Shown one piece after another: positions 63,118 to 64,000 of a DNA stretch of 64,000 nt. The translations under genes were made by a program, and so were the position numbers. This stretch comes from Owenia fusiformis (taxonomy: Eukaryota): positions 45,012,001-45,076,000 of the forward strand of contig CAIIXF020000001.1 in NCBI GenBank assembly GCA_903813345.2, written 5' to 3'. Numbering within the stretch: the first letter of the stretch is position 1; every line of letters begins with the position of its first letter. The notes under the pieces are model-generated. The model had not been told where the DNA came from. It made no database searches and worked only from the letters and a program-made list of their open reading frames with translations.

Positions 63118-64000
63118 GATTGTTATCTCAGTGTTGCCCAAATCATAATTTTCAGTTGATTAAGCACTTAATGCCGATCCAGTTTTTAGATTTTAATCTA
63201 ACTTTTATCCAATGCCCTGGGTCATTGTCTCATCTCTCATAAATTCACTGTTTAATCAAGGATTTTGCGTTTGTGTCTTCTCGTGTTGTTCTTCGGCGAT
63301 CTTAAGACAAAAACTTTATCACTGCAATAAAAGTCCGAAACAATTCATCACACAATTTAGCAGTATAATTACGATGGCAATTATACTTATTACGCTTCTT
63401 TTTAAGTGATATAATTAAAAAATAGTTTTATATCCTTAAATACAATCTTCTGATGTGTCAAAATCCAAGCTAAACTTCAAAAATTGTCGATATTTATTTT
63501 TAAGAATCCATTTAAAAAATGTTTTCATGAATTTTGTTTTCTCATGACTTTTGTTACTTCACATTGTGGAATAACAACTGGTCATATGTTTACTGTTCTT
63601 AGGGTGTCATCAAAATTGTTCTGTGTACCTGTTATTCCGCACAGGTGCAAATGACAGCAGCATTTATCATCTCCATGGCCAGGTCATAATTTGTGAATCA
63701 TTATTTCTAACCGGAGAGACCTTTTATGTGTCTAAACATAACAGGCAAATTATTTTAAGGTTTTATTAAACTTTATTTACAAAATTATTACAAAAATATA
63801 ACAATTCAGCTCGAACTGGAGCTGTTCACCTAGCACCACCATATTTTAGGAAAACAAACTTCTACTCTCGTTATAAATATAATATAATAGCTGTTTTGTT
63901 TTTATTTATAAAATACATATGACTTAATTTCTTTGGCGCCAATGACTTTTATCTTGATCTCTCTTGAGTCTACATAATCAAAACATGGAATGACTGCGAT

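Overview
AT-rich, intron-rich animal genomic DNA, most likely from a lophotrochozoan/spiralian invertebrate (inferred from gene content; not determinable with certainty). Gene models were assembled by hand from splice signals and reading frames. In order: (1) an 18-coding-exon MDC1 orthologue (+, 1234-21380; FHA, TQxF/Y repeats, basic repeats, tandem BRCT) with one GC-AG intron and one U12-type intron. Its introns carry a CAC...GTG Transib/RAG-like element with a 5-bp TSD and a spliced C2H2 mini-gene, a decayed Academ element nested in a hairpin-ended element, and several MITEs. (2) Three tandem minus-strand type I membrane receptors (L1 22235-26952, L2 28329-38822, L3 39641-45092). In each, a WSC domain is inserted inside a C-type lectin domain as a phase-1/phase-1 exon module. 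Ten intact or near-intact intron-containing tRNA-Tyr(GTA) genes plus decayed copies lie only in introns of these split lectin domains. (3) An unknown Ser/Arg-rich gene (-, 46620-50377). (4) A rough (ro) homeobox gene (+, 54765-56425). (5) Three tandem GPI-anchored Ly6/three-finger-like genes (-, 57870-63117). The most striking candidate novelty is the family of receptors with a WSC domain nested in a CTLD, together with its associated intronic tRNA-Tyr arrays.
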